Part shown: positions 1 through 11,765 of the stretch, piece by piece | How the letters are laid out: the number at the start of each line of letters is the position of its first letter | How positions within the stretch are numbered: position 1 is the stretch's first letter | Assembly: GCA_034780895.1 (NCBI GenBank) | Contig: JAUZTB010000042.1 | Span: 17,625,390 to 17,689,389, forward strand | Source of the DNA: Rhynchobatus australiae | Lineage: Eukaryota | DNA length: 64,000 nucleotides | Direction of reading: 5' to 3' | Made by a program: the position numbers and the translations under genes | Notes under the pieces: generated by a model | Seen by the model: only the letters and a program-made list of their open reading frames with translations | What the model was told of the DNA's origin: nothing | The model's database searches: none

Positions 1-35
1 ACAGCATATCAAATTTAACGCAGGAAAGCAGATTT

Positions 36-790
36 GTGTGGAAAGAACAAAAAGAAACAATTAAGAGATCATTTCTAAAGGGGTTGCAGGAAAAGAGGAA
101 TCTGGGTGTACATGCACATATGTATGTGAAGGTGACAGAACAGAGAAAGGATAAAAAAGCATCTGGCATAAAATACCTAAGCAATCATAGACAAAGTTAC
201 AATGAATTTCTCTGGAATCTGGTTTATCCATNNNNNNNNNNNNNNNNNNNNNNNNNNNNNNNNNNNNNNNNNNNNNNNNNNNNNNNNNNNNNNNNNNNNN
301 NNNNNNNNNNNNNNNNNNNNNNNNNNNNNTGTTCTCCTTGGAGTGGAGACAGTTGAGGTGAGATGTAATAGGGGTATTAGAAAAATATTAAAATAATAAA
401 GGATATGGACAAAGTAATTAGTGAGAAACTGGTTGGATGGTCCAGAATCAGATGTTAAGATAATTGGAAAAGGAACCAAATGTGACATAAGGTAATACTT
501 TTTATTTAGACAGTGAGCAGTTCAAAGATCAGAGAACACAGATGAGCAGTCACAGAGAGTGTGAGGAATTTTTTTTTACACAGAATTGTTATGGTCCAAG
601 CTGACTGTTTGTAAAGTTGGTGGAAACAATTAGATCTTTCTGAAAGGAATTAAATAGATACAGGAGGGAAAGCAATTTACCAGCTTTGTGGAGTGAATGG
701 GGGTGGTAAATGGGACTGAACAGATTGTACAACAAGCAACCAGCATGGAATTGGCCTCCTCCTGTGCTACAATGGTTCTATGATTCTGAA
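36..790 (+). mobile_element. Degraded CR1-type LINE 3' fragments (span an N gap)
   Basis: RNLGVHAH motif (CR1 RDLGVHVH) near 95-120; typical CR1 3' region GAGGAATTTTTTTTACACAGA; ends in TTCTATGATTCT. Confidence 0.7.
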
Positions 791-923
791 TGGTTTAAAA
801 AAATGGTCTAACTATCATGGCATCACCTTTACATGCAAGGTGGGGCTCAGAAGGTTTTTCTACCTTGAACATTCAGCATTGTTTTGATCCTTCTGTATCC
901 TTCATAACTCAGGCATATTAAAA

Positions 924-2735
924 GGGCTAGACTTGGAAATTACTGGGAGATGGCCTCAGTACCTGTGGAACCAAATATGCAAGAGGCACAGTGCTGTGAT
1001 AATCATGTTTATCGACTGTTGTAAACAGCAAGGGCACAGCTGATCACTGAAATCATCCATTCAGCAATGTACTTTTGACATTGCAACCTTAATTTCACCA
1101 TCAGTCTGGTGATGTTGGAATGCAACACATATATTTCCCCTCCCTTATTGTGCCAATATCAAGACCTGAAGGAGAACTCAGCATGGCATATGTGTACATA
1201 GTTCTAATCTGCATGAAAATCAGTAAACATACTCCTTTAATGCAGTCAACTTCCCTTCAGTTAACTTACCTTGGAAGACAAGATAAACATTTCCAGATTG
1301 TAAATTCTAAATCTCTTGAAAGAGGAAGCAGAATCTTGTTTTGATGGGGGGTGGAAATGATAGTTGCTAACATAGGCAACAATCAAATAGAAATAAATAT
1401 CAATTGAAACAAAGAATATTTAGGATTTAGGAATGTATCCACCCATTCTTTTTAAGATGTATAAACCTCACCCTATATTTGAGGAGAAGAAACCCAAAAT
1501 ACTGACCAATGGGTGAAAGTTACCACTGACAATTCTCCACAACATGTTCCTAATTGATTACACCATGTTTTCTGTCTTTTATCCAATTTATTATCCTCAC
1601 CAGCTTGCTCGGTTTAATATAATGTTCATCAATAAGCTTCCGACACAGAAATTCATTAAACATTTTTTCCACATGCAGTTACACAAAGAATCATGACAGC
1701 AGTGGGAGAATTGGGTGATCACTTGTCGCAATACTGTGTGAGTAATTAAGAATGGATACCAACTCCATGAGGCATCAAAGCATCTTCCCTTTTATCACTC
1801 TGCTCAAAGTATTGGTTATTTCTTACTTCGTAGTGCTTGGGTGTTTTAAAAAGACAAATCTGTAAAATTATTTTTGGTGGTCAGACAGCTAACCAACAGG
1901 GAGTGCCTATCTAGGAAATGAAGGTGGCTTTTGAGGACATGGGATGGCAAATATGAAGGTGATCAATCAGAAGTGAATAATGATTTGAGGAATAATGGGA
2001 CAGGGAATCAGACTGAATGGACCCAGGACCGATGAGGAAAGATGTTCACTTTCTGGGCTATAAAACTCAATGATAGTATAGAATAGACTTTTACAGAACT
2101 GTATTCCGCTTCACAGAATCGCATCTGTCTCTGGTCAACCAAAGACAGGGAAATGTGAAGAAAGCACACTAATCAATTGCAATTAAAAGCCCTGTGTTTC
2201 TGTATTTTAATTCTATTTTATTGTTGCTAATGTTAGCAATTATCATTGAAATTTAGAATTTACAATCTGGGAATATTTATCTTGCTTTCCTAGGTAAATT
2301 AAGGGAAGTTTACTGCATAAAAAGAGAATGTTTACTTAGGTTTACTGATTTTCTTGCAAATTAGAACTATACAGGAATGGGTACACTTACGTCATGCTGA
2401 TTTCTTCTTTAGTTTTTGATATTGGCATAATCAGGTGGGGAGAAAATAGATGTGGTGTGCTTTTTCCACATGACCATGATGGGGAAGTTGTTAAAGTAGC
2501 AATAACAAACATTGCTGAATGGATGATGTCAGTGATCAGGAGATGGCCTCAGTACCTGTGAAAACAAATTTGCAAGGATATCGATACCACAGTTGTGTTG
2601 TCATATTTATTGACTTCTCTACCCAACGGTGTTGGGTAGAGAAGTCGATAAATATGATTATCACAGCACTGCCACCCTTGCAAATTTGCTTCCACCGGTA
2701 CTGGGGCCTTCTCCCAGTAATTTCCAAGTCTACCC
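924..2735. mobile_element. Non-autonomous TIR DNA element (~1.8 kb, ~90-bp imperfect TIRs, Harbinger-like GGG ends)
   Basis: 924-1017 (GGGCTAGACTTGGAAATTACTGGGAGATGGCCTCAGTACC...ATCGACT) is the near reverse complement of 2643-2735 (AGTCGAT...GGTACTGGGGCCTTCTCCCAGTAATTTCCAAGTCTACCC). No long ORF inside. Confidence 0.65.
2539..2714. repeat. Long imperfect palindrome (fold-back) centred on a GGT loop at 2628-2630
   Basis: TCATATTTATTGACTTCTCTACCCAAC-GGT-GTTGGGTAGAGAAGTCGATAAATATGA forms a 27-bp stem with one G.T pair; imperfect pairing extends out to 2539/2714. Confidence 0.92.
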
Positions 2736-3261
2736 GTATTAACATAGCTGAGCCATGAAGGAGGCAGGAGGATCAGAACAATGCTGGACAATCAAGGTGG
2801 AAAATCTTTACTTGTCAAGGTGGCAGCATCATTTTTAGGCCAGGTCAATGACAAACTGAAAAGAAGATGTGCCTCAATACAGTGCTCCACTGCTGTTGTA
2901 ATCACAGTGGCATCATTACTGTGGGAAAGGGATTGTTGTTTCACAAGGCAACTACCGATGAAATCTTCCAAGTAAAGTTCAAAGAGTTATTTCACTTAAA
3001 TTTTAATGATTGGAAACCTACATTAACATGCTGAATCCATTGCACGTCGCAATCTGTACATTCATGGAATAGAAGTCCTTTCTGCTGAGAAAGTTAGTTC
3101 CATAAACAGTCATTGATCTCACTGTAAGTACTAGCAGACTGTCCATCTGTGGAAAGTGTTACAGCCAAGCCCAGGACTGAACTTACTCAGTGCCTACATT
3201 TGTACAGGCATGCTGAGTGACATCAACTTCCAGTGGGACAACCAGTGCACATAGAAGAAAG

Positions 3262-3670
3262 CAAGACTTACTTGTATACATTTTACAAGCTAAGGTCATC
3301 CAGAATTCATGTATGGCCAGCGTTTTAATATGGAGCTGAAGCCAATTTGTGCACCACCACCAAGTCCCACAAATAATGATATGACAGTCACCAAATGTAT
3401 CTGTTCTTGTGATTTTTGATTGAAAGATAAATCCTGATTGGCAGACCTGGTCATCACATTTTTTTCTTTCAACCAGTCCACGAGATCTATTATCTCTTCA
3501 TAAGTAGCTATGCTAAGCCTCAATTGAACACCTTGTTTGGAAGGCTGTACCCATTAAAGTACTGCACTGGATTATTACTTGAGATTTTTGTGCCCAAGGC
3601 TTTGGTGTAGGACTTGAACCCACAGCCTTCTGAGTCAGAGATGACGTTATCAACTGGGCCTCAGCTGACA
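3262..3670 (-). mobile_element. Elasmobranch tRNA-derived SINE (SacSINE1/Deu-type), diverged
   Basis: GCCAATTTGTGCAC..CCCACAAA..GATAAAT core and GGACTTGAACCCACAGCCTTCTGAGTCAGA (reverse box B head), ending TCAGCTGACA. Confidence 0.75.
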
Positions 3671-4925
3671 CAAGGAAGTTTTGCTTTAGAGTTTCATTTT
3701 GCTGTCTCTGTAGTGACCTTACCTCTGCAACAGCTTTGGATTTATTGTGTTGCACTGAGTCATGCCTCTCTTTCAGCCTCCTCTTACCCCACCCCATTTC
3801 TGGAATGTAGCTGACCAAAGGAGTAATGCAGGACTGATTTTGCAATTACTTCTTTTGCTGCAATCAAAAGCAAAAATGATCTATATGAAATGCCATCAGT
3901 TATCCTGCCTTCACCACAGTTGAATCAAGATTAATGCATGGCTGATCCAAGGATAGCATTCCAATGTATAAAATCATTTCCTGTTCACTCCTAGTCCAAA
4001 GATGCCTGATCCAGTCACTGCATTCAAAATAGTCTTGCTCTGTCCAGTTATGTCTCCCCTGATTATCAGTCTTAATTACATAGCTTAATTGAACACCATC
4101 AGCACTGCATATTGATCACTTATCTTTCCTTTTTGAATGATTCTTAAACTTTGATTTTAAAATAGAAGGAAACTTCTTTAATTTGAGAATCAGTTATAGT
4201 ATTGCTAAGGTACAAATATTACAATTTTGTATATTCAATTATTACAAAATACTGATCCAAAATAACATTTCTAGCCAAACATGTATGCATTTATCACAAT
4301 TCACATGTAGCAAAAAAGCACTTCAATGTAAATCTGACTGAATTTGGAGTTTTTATAAGACTGTTTTTGGAGTCCTTGCTTAGTTCTTGTTGGCCCAGAC
4401 CACACTCTGGAGGAGTGAGACACTGAGGAGATATTACTGGCCTTGAGTGACTAAGGGTACACAGTTTAATAATAAAGTTCCCCTAAACATGTTCCTTCCC
4501 ACACCATCTTCTCATCTTGCATGCATTTTGTTTTTGTTTTATTTCGCTTAAAGCCTTTCAACAGCTGCAGTGACCAGCAATGAGCATAAATATTTAGTCA
4601 AGTGAAATTCCAGAGGTACATTACTGAAATTTTATTTGTTACATGTATATTAAACTGTTTAATAGTTTGTGTACTTTTAGTGCAAATAATTATCCGTTAA
4701 TCATCGTTGTTACCAAACAGAACCGCAGACGAGATATATTGATATTTTAATCAGCAGGAGCAAAATGCAAATTGGATATCTGCATTTAATTGCACTTACA
4801 GATGCATCATGTTGGAGAATATATTCCATGCTCATTTACACCTCTATTAATTCATTACCAATGATGGGCTTTAACTCACCATACCAGGATGTGAGGTTGA
4901 GACTGTAACTGCAAAAAGCCACATA

Positions 4926-5210
4926 CAGGCCGTCCCCAGATTAAGAATGCTCAATTTATGGATAACCCCTGCAAAAGTCTGATGTACGGACACAAATTCA
5001 TTCCTACAAATGGTAGAACTAGTTTCCTCTCTCCCTCCACTTCAGTCATTGTTCTTATCAGTTTTATGTGTTTTTGATGCCATTCATTACAATCCTGTGA
5101 AGGTATGGTTACCATATTGAGTGATTTTTGTGTATGTTCTGACCTTTGGACAAAATTGACTTATGGACATCTGTAAAAATGGAACCACTTTGTTACCTGG
5201 GGACTGCCCG
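4926..5210. mobile_element. Tc1/mariner (Tigger/pogo-like) MITE, 285 bp
   Basis: TA|CAGGCCGTCCCCAGATTAAGAA ... TTGTTACCTGGGGACTGCCCG|TA: imperfect TIRs with TA target duplication on both sides. Confidence 0.85.
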
Positions 5211-5814
5211 TATGTGGAGATAAAAGGAAATGTCACATCCTTGTTCTGAGTTAGGCAGTTATGCAATTTGTTGGCATACAGCATACATTTAGGACAAAGT
5301 AAGTGGTGTTGTACATGATCTACATGTACTTGATTCTGAGAACCGGTTAAATTTTTGCTCATTACAGAAAGAATAATGTGATGTATTAGCACCAGGTATA
5401 AACAGGTCATTTGCAAAATTGGTTACATGTATCACAAGACTTCTAGTACTTTATATGCTGTACACTAACTAAGTGCATCAAAGAAAATGCAAAATTCAAA
5501 GATATTTGGGAAAACATTAAATACTACAGGGAACAGGCAAAAAAAACAGTTGTATTTTAATAATCTGCATAATTATGTGATTAATTAAAGATTATATATC
5601 TGTGATAAAGTAAATGAATTTGATCAGAAACACAGAGAGGAACCTAGCTAGTGCAAAATTAAATTAAACCATGTCTCCAAAGCATACAAGAGAATTGGGA
5701 TTACTGCTACTTAGTAGACTAAAAGATAAATGCCATATTTGAGGTCTTGATCTTCAAGTTCTCTTTTCCTGGCCAAAGGCTTTGCTAGTTCATTTAAACA
5801 AAAGTGAATTAAGT

Positions 5815-6560
5815 CATCAGTGTCTGCCTTTGCTATGAGATGGCTGCTGAGATATGGAAAGTGATTCATATTTTCCCTGGTTTCTAATGTTGACCTTTAT
5901 TGTCGGCAGGGTGTGTTGTATTGCGGGAGCAGGTTGCTCAGAAGTTTTTGTCTTACAGATGTTTGGTGTAAGACCTGTTCTCTCATATGCCTCAGCAACT
6001 GAGTCAGCAAATGCTTGGAACTCATCCTCCAAATGTGCACATATGCACTATCAGCCATGTACTGCAGCTTGATGACTGAGGCTGGAGTGACCTTGGTTTT
6101 AGAGTGGAGGCAACAAAGCTTGAACGGTTTCCCATTCACTCTGTAGTATAATTCTCACTCCATTGGGGAGCTTCTTAACACAAGAGCAACATGGCAGTGA
6201 GGAGGATTAATATGAGGGTTAGAGCAGCGACACAGTTTTGCACGACGCCAGTGAGATTGGGTCTGTGGTAAACCCATTGGTTAATATGACAGCTTGCAGG
6301 TCATGGTGCAGAAGGCAGAGTTTGGATGTCAGGTGTCAGGTGTCAGGTGGCAGCCAAACTTGAGAAGGATTCTCTACAACTCTCTGACTCAGTAGAGAAA
6401 GTACATATATAGTTTCTGAGGCTTAACCCTGAATTTTTCTTGTTGTTGCATGGTGAAAATCATGGCCATTGTTCCATGGAATCTGTACTGTGACTACAGG
6501 GAGGATGTGGTTGAGGAAGACTCTTGTTATGACTTTCCCAGTGACGGTCTTGTAGAGAGA
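5815..6560 (-). mobile_element. RTE-clade LINE reverse transcriptase fragment, frameshifted
   Basis: Translation RMNGKPFKLCCLHSKTKVTPASVIKLQYMADSA resembles RTE RTDGKLFNLRRLQAKTKV...ELQYADD; upstream LHHDLQAVILTNGFTTDP also RTE-like. Confidence 0.8.
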
Positions 6561-8385
6561 CCCTTCTATACATTTCAATTTTTATTTATTTCCTNNNNNN
6601 NNNNNNNNNNNNNNNNNNNNNNNNNNNNNNNNNNNNNNNNNNNNNNNNNNNNNNNNNNNNNNNNNNNNNNNNNNNNNNNNNNNNNNNNNNNNNNNNNNNN
6701 NNNNNNNNNNNNNNNNNNNNNNNNNNNNNNNNNNNNNNNNNNNNNNNNNNNNNNNNNNNNNNNNNNNNNNNNNNNNNNNNNNNNNNNNNNNNNNNNNNNN
6801 NNNNNNNNNNNNNNNNNNNNNNNNNNNNNNNNNNNNNNNNNNNNNNNNNNNNNNNNNNNNNNNNNNNNNNNNNNNNNNNNNNNNNNNNNNNNNNNNNNNN
6901 NNNNNNNNNNNNNNNNNNNNNNNNNNNNNNNNNNNNNNNNNNNNNNNNNNNNNNNNNNNNNNNNNNNNNNAATGGCTGTAAATTCTTCTCATAGGCAGTC
7001 ATTTGTCGTAGCTTAGACTATACAAATATTTTGATATGTTGGCAAGGGGATGTTACAAATCATGGAGATGTTAGGCAAATCTGCCATAAATTCAAATCCA
7101 TTAACATGACAATGAGGGTCAATGGAAGCCAGGTGTAAATAGTTATCACCTTAAGATGAGGATCTCTTAATCTTCCAACCAGCATCATGTAAAAGATACA
7201 AGGCAAAAGATACCAGGTATTTGGATTAAATTTATATTGAATGCTTGCATTCACCATTGTAGAACAAGAGCATAGAAAAATGTTACAATGAATGAGGGAA
7301 ATGCATATAGCAGACACAAGACGGCTGTGCCGCTCTTCATAATGTATTTCTGTTTAGACAAACCAGTTTCATTTTAGGTTGGATTTCAGGAATATAAATG
7401 TCCCTTTATTTTCCTGAAACATCCTAAAGTCTACCCTTTCTGTATTGAGAGCAGGACAATGGGAAGACATCAGAGGTAGCTCAGGATAGGGATGGGGCTC
7501 CAACGGGGAGCACATGGTGAGCACATCTATTTTTAGTTGGTAAATCATTGATTGCACTCCTGGCACTCTGAGAAAACACTCCCCATTGAGAGCATTGAAT
7601 CATGAAATAATTCCCTACAGCATAATTCTAACAACAGTCATTCTTATCAGCACACTATTTGATTTCATCACCTCATAACCCAACTGTTGATCACACTGTC
7701 TATGTGATTCCAGAAAGAATAGTGATAATTTTACACCCAAAAACAGGTTTGTTATTTTTGTGATGTTGCATTCCATACATCTTAATTGTGATTTATCTTC
7801 ACATTCTCCTTGCAAAATGGAAACACAAATTTTAGGAATCCTACATTACTGCATGCCATGAAGCATGAGTATATTTAACTGATTTGATTCACATCAAATG
7901 AAGTATAACCAAATAGGTTACTCATTAACTAATCAGGTTATCCTATTTTCCCCCTGAGGATATGATCACATTAAGTGTGGGATTCACTTGAGGAGATATT
8001 GGTCCTTTGATAACCAAATAAGCCAACAAACCATTGTTTCTGATAACAAGCACTTAAAATTGAAAATTGAGAGGCTGATATTCTTTTAAATGTTGTTCTT
8101 AGTGCATTGGTGAACATACTTCACAATTTAGTGCATACCCTACATCTGAAAAATTGTAGACCTCTTAAAATAACATACATTGACATTCAAGCCTTTAAAT
8201 ATTTTCAATTGTGTGTGTGTTTTTGTGTAAGCCAAGCTATATAACATTTCTCATGTTAATAGATTGTTTTAACTCTGAATGTCTTCACTGATTCTTAATG
8301 AAAGACCTCCATTGGATTTTAGACTGTGAACATCTAAGTTACTTAAGGCACTGAATGGTCTATGCACACTGAATAGTGTTAAGAG

Positions 8386-8718
8386 GTCATAGTCATAGAG
8401 AGGTAAAGCATGGAACAGGCTTTTTAGCTACGAAGTGCGCACCAACCATCAACCACCCATAACCATATATTAATCATATATTTTTTATGAGCCCCCCCCC
8501 CCCCCGCCATTCTTATCAACTCACCAACACATTAAGGGGAAATTGTAGTAGCCAATTAACCTACCAACCTGCACATCTTTGTGATGTGCAAGGAAACTGG
8601 AGCACCCAGAGGAAACCCATATGGTCACATGGAGAACATGCAGACAGCACCCAAGGTTACAATTGATACTGAGTCTCTGATGCTGCAAGGCATCAACTAC
8701 TAGCTGTGCCACTGTGCC
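8386..8718 (-). mobile_element. V-SINE (HE1-like), diverged
   Basis: V-domain AATTAACCTACCAACCTGCACATCTTTG..GGAAACTGGAGCACCCAGAGGAAACCCA; GTCATA-repeat tail; tRNA-like head at the right end. Confidence 0.85.
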
Positions 8719-11627
8719 ATCCGGAGGCATGTAGTGGTTAGAGGGGCACGTTCGGAGGAGGTGAGCTGGAATGATTAATAGCCTGGGTGAGAGAAAGGAA
8801 GATAACCTCTGTATGCAATTATAAATTACAAACCTTGGGTGCATTAATTTATAGGTATGCAATCTGACTATACTGGAATGCACTCTACTGCAGAGTGCTG
8901 GAATAGGAATTTGTGCCTTAATGACTTTTCCAAGTTGCCGAAGTGCCTTCGCTGAAATGTCACTGTGTCTGGTAGTCTTTGCAGGGTAGCAAAAAAACTT
9001 GGAGGATTATTCACTCTTGTAGCTGATAGCAAGTTCCCTTTCACATGTCTTAGCAATTAGCAGCATTGCTGGAAAGTTGGTCAGCTGCCTGCCTTCTTGG
9101 CAACAGTGGATATTCAATGTGTGGCTGTACAGATTAGCTTGCTCTGAACAAAACATTTTTGGTAGAGATTCAAAATAATAGGTTAGAAAACATCTTCCTC
9201 ATAAAACACTATGAAAATGACAATTATAAATTCAACTATAAAATTGCATATGCAGAAGCTGGCAGTTCAGTTCACCGATGTCCTCAAGGCACTGTGGGTA
9301 AAGGAGAAAATGGATCTCAATGGATGGTTCCCCAGGCAGACTGTGAAAGTTATTTGGGAGAATGCCTCATCACCAGAACTTTTAAACAAGCTCCCAAGAC
9401 CTTGCTTGGCTGGTGGTAAGAAATGCCCTCCCTCACTGCCTACCACACATTGCCCTGAGGCAGCTGTGGTGGTGAAGAGCTTTTCATCCATCTCCTTCTG
9501 GAACATGCATTTGTAAAAAGCTTCTAGAAATAGATGTAGTGGTCTTCCTTATGGTTTATCCCATACAGCTTTGTAACATAGGACACCGTGCTGTACAGAT
9601 TGTTCCCAGGGATGTGTAATTAAGCAGATATTAACTGCTACTGAAGTATTGATCTGCCCCAAAGTGTTCTTCTTTCCCAATGCATGGAGCTGTTCACAAG
9701 TAAACTTTGCAGGTTGGTTCATTACAGCATGCAGGGCTATTTGCTGAGGGACACACTGCAATCATTGCAGAGGGTCAAAGGGGAAAGGCTACAGTTTAAG
9801 GGCCTGCTGCCATTGAATAGCAGGGGGCTGGAACCTGTGTAAAAAAAAAACCTGGATATTGCTCATGCAATATAAGCAACAGAAAATTTATGTCATGCTG
9901 ATATGATGTAAATCTGGAAAGTAATTGGAATATGTACTGTGAGTGGTGACATATAAATATACCATATTGTATACTTGGAATCTTTGGGGGTGTGGGGAAG
10001 ATGTTGTTCGTTCAGAGATGTTCACACTAACCTAATTGGTTGGTTGGTTTTGTTCAATTTATCTTTTCTGCACAAGGTTAGTGAAATAGTCATCTTTCAA
10101 TATAAAGTGCTCTTTGCCAGCACAGGTTTAGGGGAGCCAGTAAAAGACTGTCACCAGCTGGAAATGAGCCAAATGTGTATATGTGGCTCAGGGAGACCTT
10201 TCAACAGTGAGAGCAATGTGTCATTACGTTTCAAAAATCTGCCTTAAGTATTTTTTTCAGCATCTTTTATCTATAGTACTTTCACCTATAGTACAATTAT
10301 CCACAATATTGCACATAGTTTGTCTCAAATTACTATTTCTTGGCCTCGGGTTTATCATATTTTTCCATTTTCTACAAATGTCTTTTCAGTCTTCAGGTGA
10401 ATGTTTGCATCACTGAATAATGGAAACTGGAAGACATGTTCATCTTTGGAGATTAAAATTAGAGGTGAAAATAATTTACTTTGTCACTATCAAAGGAGAA
10501 ATGAGCAGAGTGCATCACTTCATATAACACATTAATATATGTAAGACTGGAGATGACTGTGCACTGTTATCAAATAAAAGCTTATTGCACTTAGGTTAAA
10601 GTCCTCTCAATGGAGGCATTAACCTATATGTTTAAAATAAGTTACTATTGATGTTAAAATAGTGCATTTGAAATAGCTGTAGTAAGTATACAAATGATAA
10701 CACCAGTCACACCTCATTTACAACTGAGGTGGTTTCAGATGATGGCTCTTTCAGATGATAATTCTTTCAATAGGGATTTGGTCAGAGACTGAGTTACATC
10801 TAAAAGCATAAAACCTGGAGACCAGTGCTCAGGAATAAAGGGGAGGTTTCTAAAGCTGAGCAAAGTAATATACTAAAGTATACAAATGTTTCATTTTAAT
10901 AGATATGTACATCACTTTTCTGCATCAAATGCATTTGTACTTTTAAAAAATCATGTTAATGAGTTGATGTAATAAAACTCCATATCCAGAATTTTGAAAT
11001 TGTAAATGTATGCACAATCTATTTGTTCAATGTGGTACATTTTAATATCACCCATAGGAATGCTTACCCTCGTGTTTTTTTGAAGATTTTAACCATGAAA
11101 TCTTAATGCAAAATGGTATCAGGAAGTCTTGGCTTTGTAAACTCTTCAGCAACTGCAAATTGAGAGGAATGTAATAAAATCAGTTCTTTCCTTTCTCGCC
11201 TTCCCGAGCTTGGCAATGATACTGCAGCTTACACAGTTAATGATATTATCACATATGAATGTCCTTCACATCTAAAGAACACAGCATCTTCAAGAGAAAT
11301 AAATGCAATGCTGATGGATGGAAGATTGGGTCCAACCCAAGCATGCATTGATTATGCAAATAACCTCGCTGAAAGTCACCTTTATTTAAACTGAACACCA
11401 AACATCGTTCCTGGGTGAAGAGTTTTTGAGAGCACATTTAGAAAAGCTGTAGTGAGCAGAATTCTCACTATATATTTCTGTCACTGAAGAATATAAATGG
11501 AGTTCTTTGTCATAATGTCTTGAAGGTTGAGTGGTATCTACAAAGTGTTTACAATACACAACAAAAAATAGTCTTCTGACTTCAGTGGAATTGATAAAGA
11601 TCTATTCTGTCCATTTTTGTTTTGAAG

Positions 11628-11765
11628 CTGAATGCTGAGCTTGAACAGTGTGAAAAAGAAAGTTCACAACTTCAGGACTACGCCAACACTATCCTGCAAC
11701 AGATCGCAGACCACTGCCCTGACATCCTTGAGCTGGTAGTCAATGCCTTAGAAGAATCCTCGTGA
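11628..11765 (+). CDS. ERC1: Terminal coding exon of ELKS/Rab6-interacting/CAST family protein (FIP-RBD-type C-terminus); ERC1 most likely
   Basis: Pyrimidine tract TTTTTGTTTTGAAG| then LNAELEQCEKESSQLQDYANTILQQIADHCPDILELVVNALEESS*, matching the recalled human ERC1 end LQEFANAILQQIADHCPDILEQVVNALEESS. Too short for the ORF track. ERC2 paralog not fully excluded. Confidence 0.9.
   Translation: MNAELEQCEKESSQLQDYANTILQQIADHCPDILELVVNALEESS

Noticed and set aside
1850-2220. Possible solo LTR (TATAAAA ... ATTAAA)
   Set aside because: No TG...CA ends, TSD or second copy could be identified.
2519-2791. Overlapping ORFs with similar peptides on both strands
   Set aside because: An artefact of the palindrome; no recognisable protein.
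6450-7016. Long ORFs containing X runs (also near 36, 34244, 45694, 48186, 52960, 56355)
   Set aside because: Open only because they cross N gaps.
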